Positions 17,494 to 26,600 of a stretch of 64,000 nt of DNA are shown here, one piece after another; within the stretch, counting starts at the first letter, position 1; the number at the start of each line of letters is the position of its first letter. The notes under the pieces are model-generated. The model was not told the DNA's origin. It searched no databases and saw nothing but the letters and a program-made list of their open reading frames with translations. This stretch comes from Candidatus Aenigmatarchaeota archaeon (GTDB lineage Archaea > Aenigmatarchaeota > Aenigmatarchaeia > Aenigmatarchaeales > JACQIB01): positions 1 to 64,000 of the forward strand of contig JACQIB010000002.1 of NCBI GenBank assembly GCA_016198755.1, written 5' to 3'. The position numbers were made by a program, and so were the translations under genes.

Positions 17494-17882
17494 ACTCCCC
17501 CCTTTAATTCTACTGGAAATGAGGTCTTTTATTATATTTAGTATAACACTGTTATATGAAGTAAAGGTTCTCTGCTGCAGAAATATAAAGATTTAAAAAC
17601 AATATCCATAAGAAACCATGGCGGGGGCAAAAACAATCAATATAACACTGTTATATTCCAGTTCACACACCAAAATATGAAGTAAATAGCTTCACATAAC
17701 CTTCATTAATGTTCACAAATAGAAAAATCGATTAAACCCCTCCGTTTCCAATGAAAACCATCAAAAACAGAACCCCCTTGTTTCACATGGAAATTTATAT
17801 ACCTTCATTTCCAATCCAGTTGTTCACGTTTGGTTAAGGTTAAATATGTTCACGTACTGGAATCATTGCACTAGAAATTGAG
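17494..17882. other. Replication origin oriC upstream of cdc6
   Basis: ORB-like elements with G-strings: 17497-17520 (-, ATTTCCAGTAGAATTAAAGGGGGG), 17605-17627 (+), 17737-17757 (-), 17773-17794 (-); AT-rich intervals between them. Confidence 0.88.
17542..17657. repeat. Two copies of palindrome TATAACACTGTTATA inside oriC
   Basis: Exact copies at 17542-17556 and 17641-17655; the second extends to 19 bp, 17639-17657. Confidence 0.85.
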
Positions 17883-17891
17883 GTGATTCCA

Positions 17892-19088
17892 ATGCCAGAG
17901 CTACAACAAATATTCAATCAATTTATTGAATCAAAACCAATCTTTGCAAACAGATCAATATTGTCTCTTTCCTTTACACCAATAACAATACCACATAGGG
18001 AAAATGAGATAGAAGGCCTAGGTAGAATCTTAGCTCCTGCATTAAAGGGAGGTAAACCAAGCAATGTATTTGTATACGGAAAGACAGGAACAGGCAAAAC
18101 CCTTGTTTCTAAGTATGTTACTGAAGAGCTAGAGAAAGCATCAAAAACAACAAACCAAAAGCTCAAGACAGTTTACATAAACTGTAAGTTAAGACATTCA
18201 GCTGACACGGAGTATAGGCTTTTAGCCTATATAATAAAGGAACTGGGGGGCGATGTACCCTTTACAGGACTTCCAACAGACAAGATATTCTCAACTTTCT
18301 ATGAGTTTGTTGAACGTGAATCACAATGCCTTATCCTTATAATAGATGAAATAGACTCTTTGATTAAAAAGACAGGAGACGGGGTTCTATACAGCCTTAC
18401 AAGAATGAATCAGGACCTAAAGAAGTCAAAAATATGCATTATAGGCATCACAAATGACCTGTCTTTTATAGAAACACTTGATCCAAGGGTAAGATCTTCC
18501 CTGAATGAAGAGGAAATTGTATTTTCTCCATATAATGCTTTCCAGCTGCAGGAAATACTCAGGCAGAGGGCAAATATAGCGTTTCCAAACAGTTCAATGG
18601 AAGCAGGCGTAATAGAAAAGTGTTCTGGTTTGGCAGCTCAGGAACATGGAGATGCACGCAGAGCACTTGATCTGTTAAGGGTTGCAGCAGAGATAGCTGA
18701 AAGGAGAGGGGAACCTGTAATAAAAATTTCCAATGTGGATGAAGCACAGGAAAAGATAGATACAGACAGGGTTACAGAAGCTGTTAAGATGCAGCCGCGT
18801 CAATCACAGGCTGTTTTGAACTCTTTAATGGAAGCTTCAGCAGGAAAAAAAGATGTGGAAACCGGAGACGTTTTTGAAAAATACACAAACTTCTGTTCTA
18901 TCCATCACATAAAACCCTTAACTCACAGAAGAATTTCAGACTTAATTGCAGAGCTTGAGCTCTTTGGAATAATAAGCTCAAAGGTGGTTTCTAAAGGGAG
19001 ATATGGCAGGACACGAGTTATTTCCCTTTCCATAAACGATGAGATAAAAGTAAAGGTGCAGACTATCCTAAAGGAAAGCTTTGGTTAA
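17892..19088 (+). CDS. cdc6: Orc1/Cdc6 replication initiator
   Basis: GKTGTGKT, IIDEID, LDPRVRSSL, HGDARRALDLLR, C-terminal wHTH SKGRYGRTR; GAGGTGA ribosome-binding site. Confidence 0.97.
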   Translation: MPELQQIFNQFIESKPIFANRSILSLSFTPITIPHRENEIEGLGRILAPALKGGKPSNVFVYGKTGTGKTLVSKYVTEELEKASKTTNQKLKTVYINCKLRHSADTEYRLLAYIIKELGGDVPFTGLPTDKIFSTFYEFVERESQCLILIIDEIDSLIKKTGDGVLYSLTRMNQDLKKSKICIIGITNDLSFIETLDPRVRSSLNEEEIVFSPYNAFQLQEILRQRANIAFPNSSMEAGVIEKCSGLAAQEHGDARRALDLLRVAAEIAERRGEPVIKISNVDEAQEKIDTDRVTEAVKMQPRQSQAVLNSLMEASAGKKDVETGDVFEKYTNFCSIHHIKPLTHRRISDLIAELELFGIISSKVVSKGRYGRTRVISLSINDEIKVKVQTILKESFG

Positions 19089-19097
19089 GGAGCTGTT

Positions 19098-20081
19098 ATG
19101 TCCAACATAGAAAGGCTTACAAAAGCAGGCATTTTAACAGACCCAGGCGTTGCTGAATTAGTTGAAAAACTATCTGAAAAACAGCTGGACTTTTTTATAA
19201 AATCAAAAAACAAGCCCCTAATCTTACAAAAAATTCATTTCAAATCATTTCAGCCAAAAATTGAAATAAAAACAGACATGGAAAAGAGGAAAAGTATACA
19301 GGATTTTATAAATATTCTAAACTCACGTTTTTCCCTCTTACAAAGAATACTAATGTCAAAATCAAAGGACAGCAACTTAGTTTCAATAAAAAGCGCTTCT
19401 GAAGGGAACATTTCCATTATAGGACTGATAAAAACCATATCGGAAAATAATGGAATTTTCAGGACAGAACTCGAAGATCAAACAGGCACAATAAAAGCTT
19501 CTGTCCCCAAAAATTTACCCGGAAAATTTGAAAGGTTTTTTCTGGATGAAGTTGTGCAGATTTCCGGAAGATTTTCATCAGGAGTTTTATACGCAGAAAA
19601 AATAGAATGGCCTGATATACAGTTAACAGAATATAAAAAACCAGACACAACTTCAACAGTCTTTATCTGTTTTTCCTCCTCTATTATTACACTTCCGGAA
19701 AAGGCAGATTCCTGCAATATTATAATATCAAACCAGCCTGTCCAAGCCACATTTCAGCAGGCAATAACTATAACCAACACATCCGCAGCCAAAATAAATG
19801 GCATAAATTTACTTTTCTATATGGAAAATGTAAAGGAAACAACTGATAAATTCAGCATAACAGAAAAAGAGTTTATTTTAGAATGTTTAAAGCGAAGGCA
19901 CTTCCTCAAGGAACCCTGCCTCCAATCAGGAATAATAGAAGAACAACCAGATTATTTCATTTTTCAAACACAAACACCTTTCACAGATTCCTACAGAGGA
20001 ACTATGATAATAGGTCTGCCAAAAGAAACATTTTGTTTACTTGATTTTGTTGACAGAAGTGCAGAATTCGGTACAATATAA
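19098..20081 (+). CDS. Degenerate DNA polymerase D small subunit (DP1)-like / B-subunit-like protein
   Basis: OB fold (IIGLIKTI...ELEDQTGTI), remnants CLKRRHF and IIEEQPDYF; position after cdc6; phosphoesterase metal motifs absent; only 327 aa. Confidence 0.72.
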   Translation: MSNIERLTKAGILTDPGVAELVEKLSEKQLDFFIKSKNKPLILQKIHFKSFQPKIEIKTDMEKRKSIQDFINILNSRFSLLQRILMSKSKDSNLVSIKSASEGNISIIGLIKTISENNGIFRTELEDQTGTIKASVPKNLPGKFERFFLDEVVQISGRFSSGVLYAEKIEWPDIQLTEYKKPDTTSTVFICFSSSIITLPEKADSCNIIISNQPVQATFQQAITITNTSAAKINGINLLFYMENVKETTDKFSITEKEFILECLKRRHFLKEPCLQSGIIEEQPDYFIFQTQTPFTDSYRGTMIIGLPKETFCLLDFVDRSAEFGTI

Positions 20082-20164
20082 GAAAAAATACCCTACACTG
20101 GAGGATAGAAAACCTCTTAAATAGTTTTCAACACCTATATTCGTCAGCTTCTTTGGTGGGGAAC

Positions 20165-22846
20165 ATGAAAGCTCAGGTATTAGATTGCGACTACACAATG
20201 CTGAACGGCAAACCTCTAATAAGGCTCTTTTGCAAAGATGAAAGCGGAGGCACAGTCTGTTTTTTCTATGAAAATTTCCTTCCATATTTTTATGTTCAGT
20301 CTGAAAATATTGAAACCGCAAAAAAGGAAATAGAAAAAACTGCAAAAGCAGAAGTTGTAGAAAAGTTTTTACCAATAGGATACGGCCCTAAAGTAAAACT
20401 ATTAAAAGTAATAGGCAAAGACCCCTCAAAAATACCTGACATTAAAGAAACTATTTCCAAGGTTTCAGGTATTTCGAAATTTTTCGAGTCTGATATTCTT
20501 TTCAAATACAGGTTCATGGTAGATAACAATATTAAAGGTATGGGATGGATTGATGTTGACTGCTCAAGAACTATAACAAAAACCGTAAAATGTCCCGCTT
20601 ATACTGCAAAATCATTCAAGCCGATAGAAGTCATAAAAAATGCTCCATTGCGCTATATGTCCATAGACATAGAATGTGTAAGCAAAACAGAAACAATACC
20701 AGATATGAATAAAGATCCTATAGTAATAATTTCACTCAATTTTTTCCCGGATTATAAGGGAGCAAAAAGTATGGTTATGGTTGCAAAGACATCACCCAAA
20801 TTTATAGAAAACCAGTTTAATTTTGTTTCAGAAGAGGAAATGATGAAGAGATTTTTAGAAATACTTGAGGATTATGATCCTGATGTTGTAACAGGCTATA
20901 ACATAAACAACTTCGACTTACCGTACATAATTACCCGCCTAGAAAAACTAAATATAAGAAAAGACCTTGGAAGAGCAGACAAGCCAGTAATGCTGAAAAA
21001 GATGCAAATGGGCTATACAGCCTCTGTACTTGGAAGGGTTATTGTAGATACTTATGAAATAATAAAGAAGGATGTTTACCTTCACCTTAAAAGATATGAT
21101 CTAGGTACTGTAGCAAGAAGCCTGCTTAAAATGGAAAAAATAGATATTGGAGGCATAAAGGAAATAACGAGGTACTGGAAAGGTGATCCTAAGGCAATGG
21201 GACCACTAATACAATATGCAAATGTTGACGCTGAGCTTGCAATGAGACTTTTAATAGATAAAGGAATATTGGACAAATTTTTTGAAATATCAAAACTTTC
21301 CGGTTTGACACTACAGGATTCCCTCGGTGGTCAGTCTCAGAGGCTTGAGTGCAGACTTTTGCATGAATTTAGAGACAGAGATTTTGTTATGCCAAGCAAG
21401 ACATCCGGCCCAGAATTAGAAGCACTAAAAGAAAAGAGAGAAAAATATGGACTTAAGGGAGCTCTTGTTCTGGAACCTGTTGTTGGTTTACATACAGACG
21501 GATCCATACTTGTTCTTGACTTTACTTCACTATACCCATCTATAATAAGAAAATTTAACATATGCCCCACAACAATGCTTGTTTCAGGCGATGAGAAATG
21601 CAATGTTTCTCCAACTGGAACGAAGTTTGTCCTTCCAGAAGTCAGGCAGGGCATACTCCCAAAAATTGTCCATGATCTCATTTCAACGCGAGCTGCAGTA
21701 AGGAAGCAATATAGAGCAGAAACAGATCCGGAAAAGAAAAGAATACTTGATGCAAAGCAATTTGCTCTTAAAGTCCTTGCGAACTCCCTTTACGGATACA
21801 CGGGATACCTTAAAGCCAGACTATACGTGATGGATATAGCAAACACAATAACAGGATACGGAAGAGATACAATAGTTAACACAACAAAACTCATAGAACA
21901 AACATATTCAACAAAAGTTATTTATTCTGATACAGATTCTGTCTTTGTCAAGACAGGTATAACTAATCTGGAAAAGGCTCAGGAAAAAGGCGAAGAAATG
22001 TCCAGATTTGTCACAGAAAAATTAAACGGATTAGAGCTGAAGTTCGAAAAAATATTCAAGAGTTTCTTAATTCTTACTAAAAAAAGATATGCCGGCTGGT
22101 ATTTTGAAAAGCAGGGAAACGACTGGAAAACAAAGGTTGATATGAAGGGTATAGAGACTGTGAGAAGGGATTGGTGTGAGCTTACATCAGAATCCATGGA
22201 AAAAACTATAGACATACTTCTAAAAGAGCAGGATATTAAAAAAGCTGCCCACTTTATACGCGGAATAATACAGGATTTGAATGATGGTAAAATACCTCTT
22301 GAGAAACTTACAATAGTTAAAGGTGTGTCAAAATCTTTGTCCAGTTATGATGGAATACAGCCTCATGTAGAGCTTGCGAAGAAGATAATGATGAGGGATC
22401 CAACACGCGGAAGTCTTGTTGGAGAGAGATTGGGATTTGTAATAATAAAAGGAAACCAGATGCTTTCCAAAAGGGCAGAAGAACCTTCTTTTGTGAAGGA
22501 ACATAATCTAGAGATTGATTCCCAGTATTATCTTGAAAATCAACTTCTTCCCCCACTACAAAGGATTTTTGAAGCATGCGGCGTTGAAAAAACAGAACTT
22601 ATCGAAGGTAACAGACAGAAAAATCTCACGGAAATACTTTCTGGCAGAATATTAACTCCAGCCCAGACAGTACTAGATACATGGGACAGCATATCCTGTT
22701 CAAAGTGTTCATGGAATTACAGAAGGCCACCCCTCTCAGGTTCATGTCCAAACTGCAACAGTCAGATATTTTTCCGTTCCAACGGTTCTATAGGAAAATT
22801 TGTTACAAATTTCTTCATTATAGACCAGCAAAAAACAGCATTGTAG
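20165..22846 (+). CDS. polB: Family B DNA polymerase, Pol delta-like, with C-terminal Zn finger
   Basis: Exo DIEC and GYNINNFD; DFTSLYPS, KVLANSLYGY, YSDTDS, KKRY, KGIETVRRD; CSKC...CPNC tail. Confidence 0.95.
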   Translation: MKAQVLDCDYTMLNGKPLIRLFCKDESGGTVCFFYENFLPYFYVQSENIETAKKEIEKTAKAEVVEKFLPIGYGPKVKLLKVIGKDPSKIPDIKETISKVSGISKFFESDILFKYRFMVDNNIKGMGWIDVDCSRTITKTVKCPAYTAKSFKPIEVIKNAPLRYMSIDIECVSKTETIPDMNKDPIVIISLNFFPDYKGAKSMVMVAKTSPKFIENQFNFVSEEEMMKRFLEILEDYDPDVVTGYNINNFDLPYIITRLEKLNIRKDLGRADKPVMLKKMQMGYTASVLGRVIVDTYEIIKKDVYLHLKRYDLGTVARSLLKMEKIDIGGIKEITRYWKGDPKAMGPLIQYANVDAELAMRLLIDKGILDKFFEISKLSGLTLQDSLGGQSQRLECRLLHEFRDRDFVMPSKTSGPELEALKEKREKYGLKGALVLEPVVGLHTDGSILVLDFTSLYPSIIRKFNICPTTMLVSGDEKCNVSPTGTKFVLPEVRQGILPKIVHDLISTRAAVRKQYRAETDPEKKRILDAKQFALKVLANSLYGYTGYLKARLYVMDIANTITGYGRDTIVNTTKLIEQTYSTKVIYSDTDSVFVKTGITNLEKAQEKGEEMSRFVTEKLNGLELKFEKIFKSFLILTKKRYAGWYFEKQGNDWKTKVDMKGIETVRRDWCELTSESMEKTIDILLKEQDIKKAAHFIRGIIQDLNDGKIPLEKLTIVKGVSKSLSSYDGIQPHVELAKKIMMRDPTRGSLVGERLGFVIIKGNQMLSKRAEEPSFVKEHNLEIDSQYYLENQLLPPLQRIFEACGVEKTELIEGNRQKNLTEILSGRILTPAQTVLDTWDSISCSKCSWNYRRPPLSGSCPNCNSQIFFRSNGSIGKFVTNFFIIDQQKTAL

Positions 22847-23987
22847 GTAGTATAAGACAACCCATACAGCTGCTTCTTCTTACCCCAGTAAAAGCTGCAG
22901 CAGCACCAACAGATGCAGCAGCTCCTGCTGCAACAAGACCATACACACCAGTTGTAATGGAAATAGCAGTAACAAGAAAAATCAAAACTATTCCGGAAAG
23001 CAGTCCATAATCTATTTTTTTCAGCATAACTTCAAACTTCCCAACCATTAACCTAACAATAAAATATCCTGCGAAAACAGCAGCCAATATTGAAGCAAGC
23101 AAAATAACCATATTCGAAATGTTTATTTCCAATATCTTCCCTACAGCAACAGCTATGCCTGAGCGCGGGTTTGAAACAATCCAGAGTGCCATGAAAGAAT
23201 AAATCATATCTGATATATTCAGGCTACCAAGAGCTGACAAAAATTCTTCTTCCTTAGGTTCAATACTCTCTATAATTACAGCAGCCTGCGATGACCCTAT
23301 ACCAGGCAACAACCCTGCAAATATTCCTGAAAGAGAACCAAGAATTGCAGGTTTCCAGCCTACATGTAACTTTTTTCCGCTTTCAAACTCACGTTTATCC
23401 TGTGGCCTAAAAATAGAAATAAACAGCATCGGAAGAGCAAAAAAACCAGTAAGCAGCGGAAAAAGCATTGTGTCCCCAAACCCTAAAAAACCTAGTCCAA
23501 TTAAACCTGAAAGTAAAAATATCAACGCTGAAATAATTCTTCCCCAGCCCTTTTCTGTTGCAAACATATATATCATAAAAAACAGCAAAAGCCAGTGCAT
23601 ACTCGGCCGAATGGTTTTGTATAGCATAGGAAATATAAAGGAAAAAACAGGCAGAAGAATCACAGAAAATATTCCGCCATAAACAGCCCCGTTTGCGCTG
23701 GCTAAAACAGCTTCAGTTCCCAATCCCTTTTTCAAGAGTCTATGGCCAGGCAAAACACTCATTACAGAGTCAGCCTCAGGTGCTCCAAGAAAAATTGATG
23801 GAATAAAACCTACAAGTACGTTAACTGCTCCTGCTGAAACAAGAAATACTCCGGCAGGTACAGGTCCGAAGAACAAAAGCAAAACAGGAAGCAAAAAAAC
23901 AAGATTATTGGGATGAAACCCAGGAGTAAGACCTGTAATAATACCTGCACCTACACCACACGCAAAAATCAAAAGCAGCTCCAACAC
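22818..23987 (-). CDS. TctA/DUF112 family membrane protein
   Basis: GLTPGFHPN, IPSIFLGAP, SVLPGHRLL; polytopic hydrophobic. Confidence 0.85.
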   Translation of the reverse strand: MLELLLIFACGVGAGIITGLTPGFHPNNLVFLLPVLLLFFGPVPAGVFLVSAGAVNVLVGFIPSIFLGAPEADSVMSVLPGHRLLKKGLGTEAVLASANGAVYGGIFSVILLPVFSFIFPMLYKTIRPSMHWLLLFFMIYMFATEKGWGRIISALIFLLSGLIGLGFLGFGDTMLFPLLTGFFALPMLFISIFRPQDKREFESGKKLHVGWKPAILGSLSGIFAGLLPGIGSSQAAVIIESIEPKEEEFLSALGSLNISDMIYSFMALWIVSNPRSGIAVAVGKILEINISNMVILLASILAAVFAGYFIVRLMVGKFEVMLKKIDYGLLSGIVLIFLVTAISITTGVYGLVAAGAAASVGAAAAFTGVRRSSCMGCLILPTMLFFAGL

Positions 23988-24050
23988 AGTGGATTTATTG
24001 AAAAATCCAGCTCTTAAAAACTATTTTATAAACAACGCGAATTAGCGTAT

Positions 24051-25724
24051 TTACTGTTTAACAGAAGTTTCCTGTGGTTTTTCTCCTTCTACTATATATT
24101 CCGCGATTTTACCAAATGCAGGCCTTGCTATTATGATTCCGATTAAAACTCCAAACATGGTTGTTATAGCAAATCCCCTTACGCCACCTATACCAACAAC
24201 CATAAGTGGTATCATGGCAGCCAGAACCGTGGATCCAGACCCCCAAATCATGAAAAACGCCTTTTTAATTTTCTGTTTAAACGTAAGCATTTCCTTATTT
24301 CCACGCTTAAGCTCATCAATAATCATTATCTGTGCATCTACTCCAGTTCCTATAGTAGCCATTATACCAGCCAATGCAGGAAGGTCTATTGTCCAGTTTA
24401 TCAAAATAGAAACTGCAAATATTATTACAACTTCAGCAAGGCTTGTAAACAATGCAGGCAAAACAACTTTAAAGTCTCTATACCTGATGAAAAGTATCAA
24501 ACCAACAGCAACAGCTCCAACTAACGCAGCAATAATAGCAGAACTTAAAAAACCTTCACCAAGCTTTGCTGAAACCTGATCTACTTTTACTATTTCAAGA
24601 GGAACAGGCAAAGCACCGGATTGTAGTATGGTTTGTAGAGACAGCTTTTCTGCATTTGCACTTTCAACATCAGGCCTCACACCAGTTATCTGAGGTTGTG
24701 TTAAAGCAACTCCAGCTAATCCAGAGTCTATATTCAAAATGCTAACTTCACCACCATCCAAAAACAACACAAGTCTGCTATCCAAACTTCCCCCAATTTT
24801 CTGAGCATCAGCTGTTGCTTTTGCAAATTTTTGTGCACCTTCATTTGTAACAAAAACCTGGAAAGTAAATTCAAACCCACCGGCAGGAAATGGCTGCACC
24901 CTGCTATAACACACTCCAGACTGTTCCTGTATACAAACATACTTTATGTCTGCACCAGTGTAAATGGATGCATAAAACAATGCTGATGAATTTGTAAAGT
25001 TTACAAGTTCAATACCAATATTATCCACAGTAATACTGTCATTAACTGCAAGAGCTTTTCCATCCACAAATACCGTGCCAGAAGAAAATGTTACATCCTT
25101 TCCAAGCAATTTCGCGGTTCCGTTTGAAAAACTCACGGGTTTTGTTACCTTGCCTTCAAACTTACCCTGCTTAGAAAGTATATCTTCTATATCTTTTCTT
25201 GACCCACCAGCCATTTCAACCTGTACATATTTATCTCCTGAAAATTCCTGTATTGGCTGGACTCGTGCTTCTTTCAGTCCATATGTGTTTATCCTTTTAT
25301 CCAATATACTAACCAGATTAGCAAGCGTTTCATCAGAAACCTTCTCCTTTGGTTTCAGCAATATCCTAGTCCCTCCTACAATATCCATACCCCAATGTAT
25401 TCTGCCCTGAGTTTTCTCCAAAACAGTTATATCAAGCCCAGGCTTTTCCACACCCAATATATCTATCTTTCCATTATGCAAAACTCTAAGCGCACCAGTA
25501 AAATTCTGGAATTTTGATACAGTATCCTGCCCTGTAACAGGCATATCATTCAGAGATTCAAGTTTTTCCCCAACACTTACCTTCCCATAGAAGGGAGAAG
25601 AAGTTTCGATGCTATTTACATATATACCATGACTGCCTCCTGAAAATCCTATTATCCCAACAGAGGCTACAATAATCAAAACAAAAAACAAAACCCTAAA
25701 ATCCTTCAAAATAGCAGGAATCAT
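24051..25724 (-). CDS. secD: Protein translocase subunit SecD
   Basis: GMDIVGGTR, LQSGALPV, IGTGVDAQIMIIDE, RGFAITT; ATG overlaps the secF stop. Confidence 0.93.
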   Translation of the reverse strand: MIPAILKDFRVLFFVLIIVASVGIIGFSGGSHGIYVNSIETSSPFYGKVSVGEKLESLNDMPVTGQDTVSKFQNFTGALRVLHNGKIDILGVEKPGLDITVLEKTQGRIHWGMDIVGGTRILLKPKEKVSDETLANLVSILDKRINTYGLKEARVQPIQEFSGDKYVQVEMAGGSRKDIEDILSKQGKFEGKVTKPVSFSNGTAKLLGKDVTFSSGTVFVDGKALAVNDSITVDNIGIELVNFTNSSALFYASIYTGADIKYVCIQEQSGVCYSRVQPFPAGGFEFTFQVFVTNEGAQKFAKATADAQKIGGSLDSRLVLFLDGGEVSILNIDSGLAGVALTQPQITGVRPDVESANAEKLSLQTILQSGALPVPLEIVKVDQVSAKLGEGFLSSAIIAALVGAVAVGLILFIRYRDFKVVLPALFTSLAEVVIIFAVSILINWTIDLPALAGIMATIGTGVDAQIMIIDELKRGNKEMLTFKQKIKKAFFMIWGSGSTVLAAMIPLMVVGIGGVRGFAITTMFGVLIGIIIARPAFGKIAEYIVEGEKPQETSVKQ

Positions 25725-26548
25725 ACCCCATACCTCCTTTTTACATAAACCTCCAGCAATTCTGAGTTTGTTATCCACGTGTTTATGACATCAAATAACA
25801 ATCCTATTAACAAAACAGCAGCTATCTGTCCTAGTATAACAGAACCTGAAAGGAAGAACATTGCAACAAGCACAGCAAATGCTGTACCAGTCATTGTAAT
25901 TCCAGTGCGGAATGCACCTCTAATCTTTTCCTGCAGAACTCCCTCACCTTTCAATACTCTTGAAGTAAGAAGAATATCAGTGTCAACAGAATATCCAAGC
26001 AACAATAAAAGAGCTGCGAATGTAGCTAACGAAAGCTTTATGCCCAAAATCTGCGAAAATGCCAATGCTTCCACTATATCAGCAAAACCAGCCAGAACCA
26101 CATACAAGCTTGGCATAAATGCCCTGAACATTATGAAAACTACAAGTGACATTGCAATAAATGCTGCTATAAGTGCAAATTGTGCCTGTTTCAGGAAAGA
26201 GCTTCCAAGAGCAGGACCTATTGTTTGCATGTTTATTTCAGAAACTTCAATACCATTGCTTTTCATATATGCTACAACCTTCTCAGTTTCTGCCTCTGGC
26301 GGCAAGTCTATTATATAAGTCTTCCCTGTAGCAGAAGAAGTTTCCATGACTATTGCAGAAAATTGTGAAAGTTTAGCTTCCAGCTCAGTTACGCTTATGC
26401 TGCCAAACTTTCCTGTTATCTGTGAACCGCCTTTAAAGTCTATATCCAAGTTAAGCGGAACAACAATGACATATATTATAGAAAATACCAAAAGTGCAGC
26501 AGGTAGAATAATAAGGTATTTTTTATAGCTCTTTTCAGTTTCTGACAT
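25721..26548 (-). CDS. secF: Protein translocase subunit SecF
   Basis: DIDFKGGS, IGPALG, GYSVDTDILLT. Confidence 0.93.
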   Translation of the reverse strand: MSETEKSYKKYLIILPAALLVFSIIYVIVVPLNLDIDFKGGSQITGKFGSISVTELEAKLSQFSAIVMETSSATGKTYIIDLPPEAETEKVVAYMKSNGIEVSEINMQTIGPALGSSFLKQAQFALIAAFIAMSLVVFIMFRAFMPSLYVVLAGFADIVEALAFSQILGIKLSLATFAALLLLLGYSVDTDILLTSRVLKGEGVLQEKIRGAFRTGITMTGTAFAVLVAMFFLSGSVILGQIAAVLLIGLLFDVINTWITNSELLEVYVKRRYGV

Positions 26549-26600
26549 GGACTAAAGATTACTATAAACATATATAAACCTTTTATTATAAGGAGAAAAC

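Noticed and set aside
20165-22846. Intein in PolB (also checked Cdc6, RadA, TopA, Cdc48)
   Set aside because: Lengths are normal and catalytic motifs are uninterrupted
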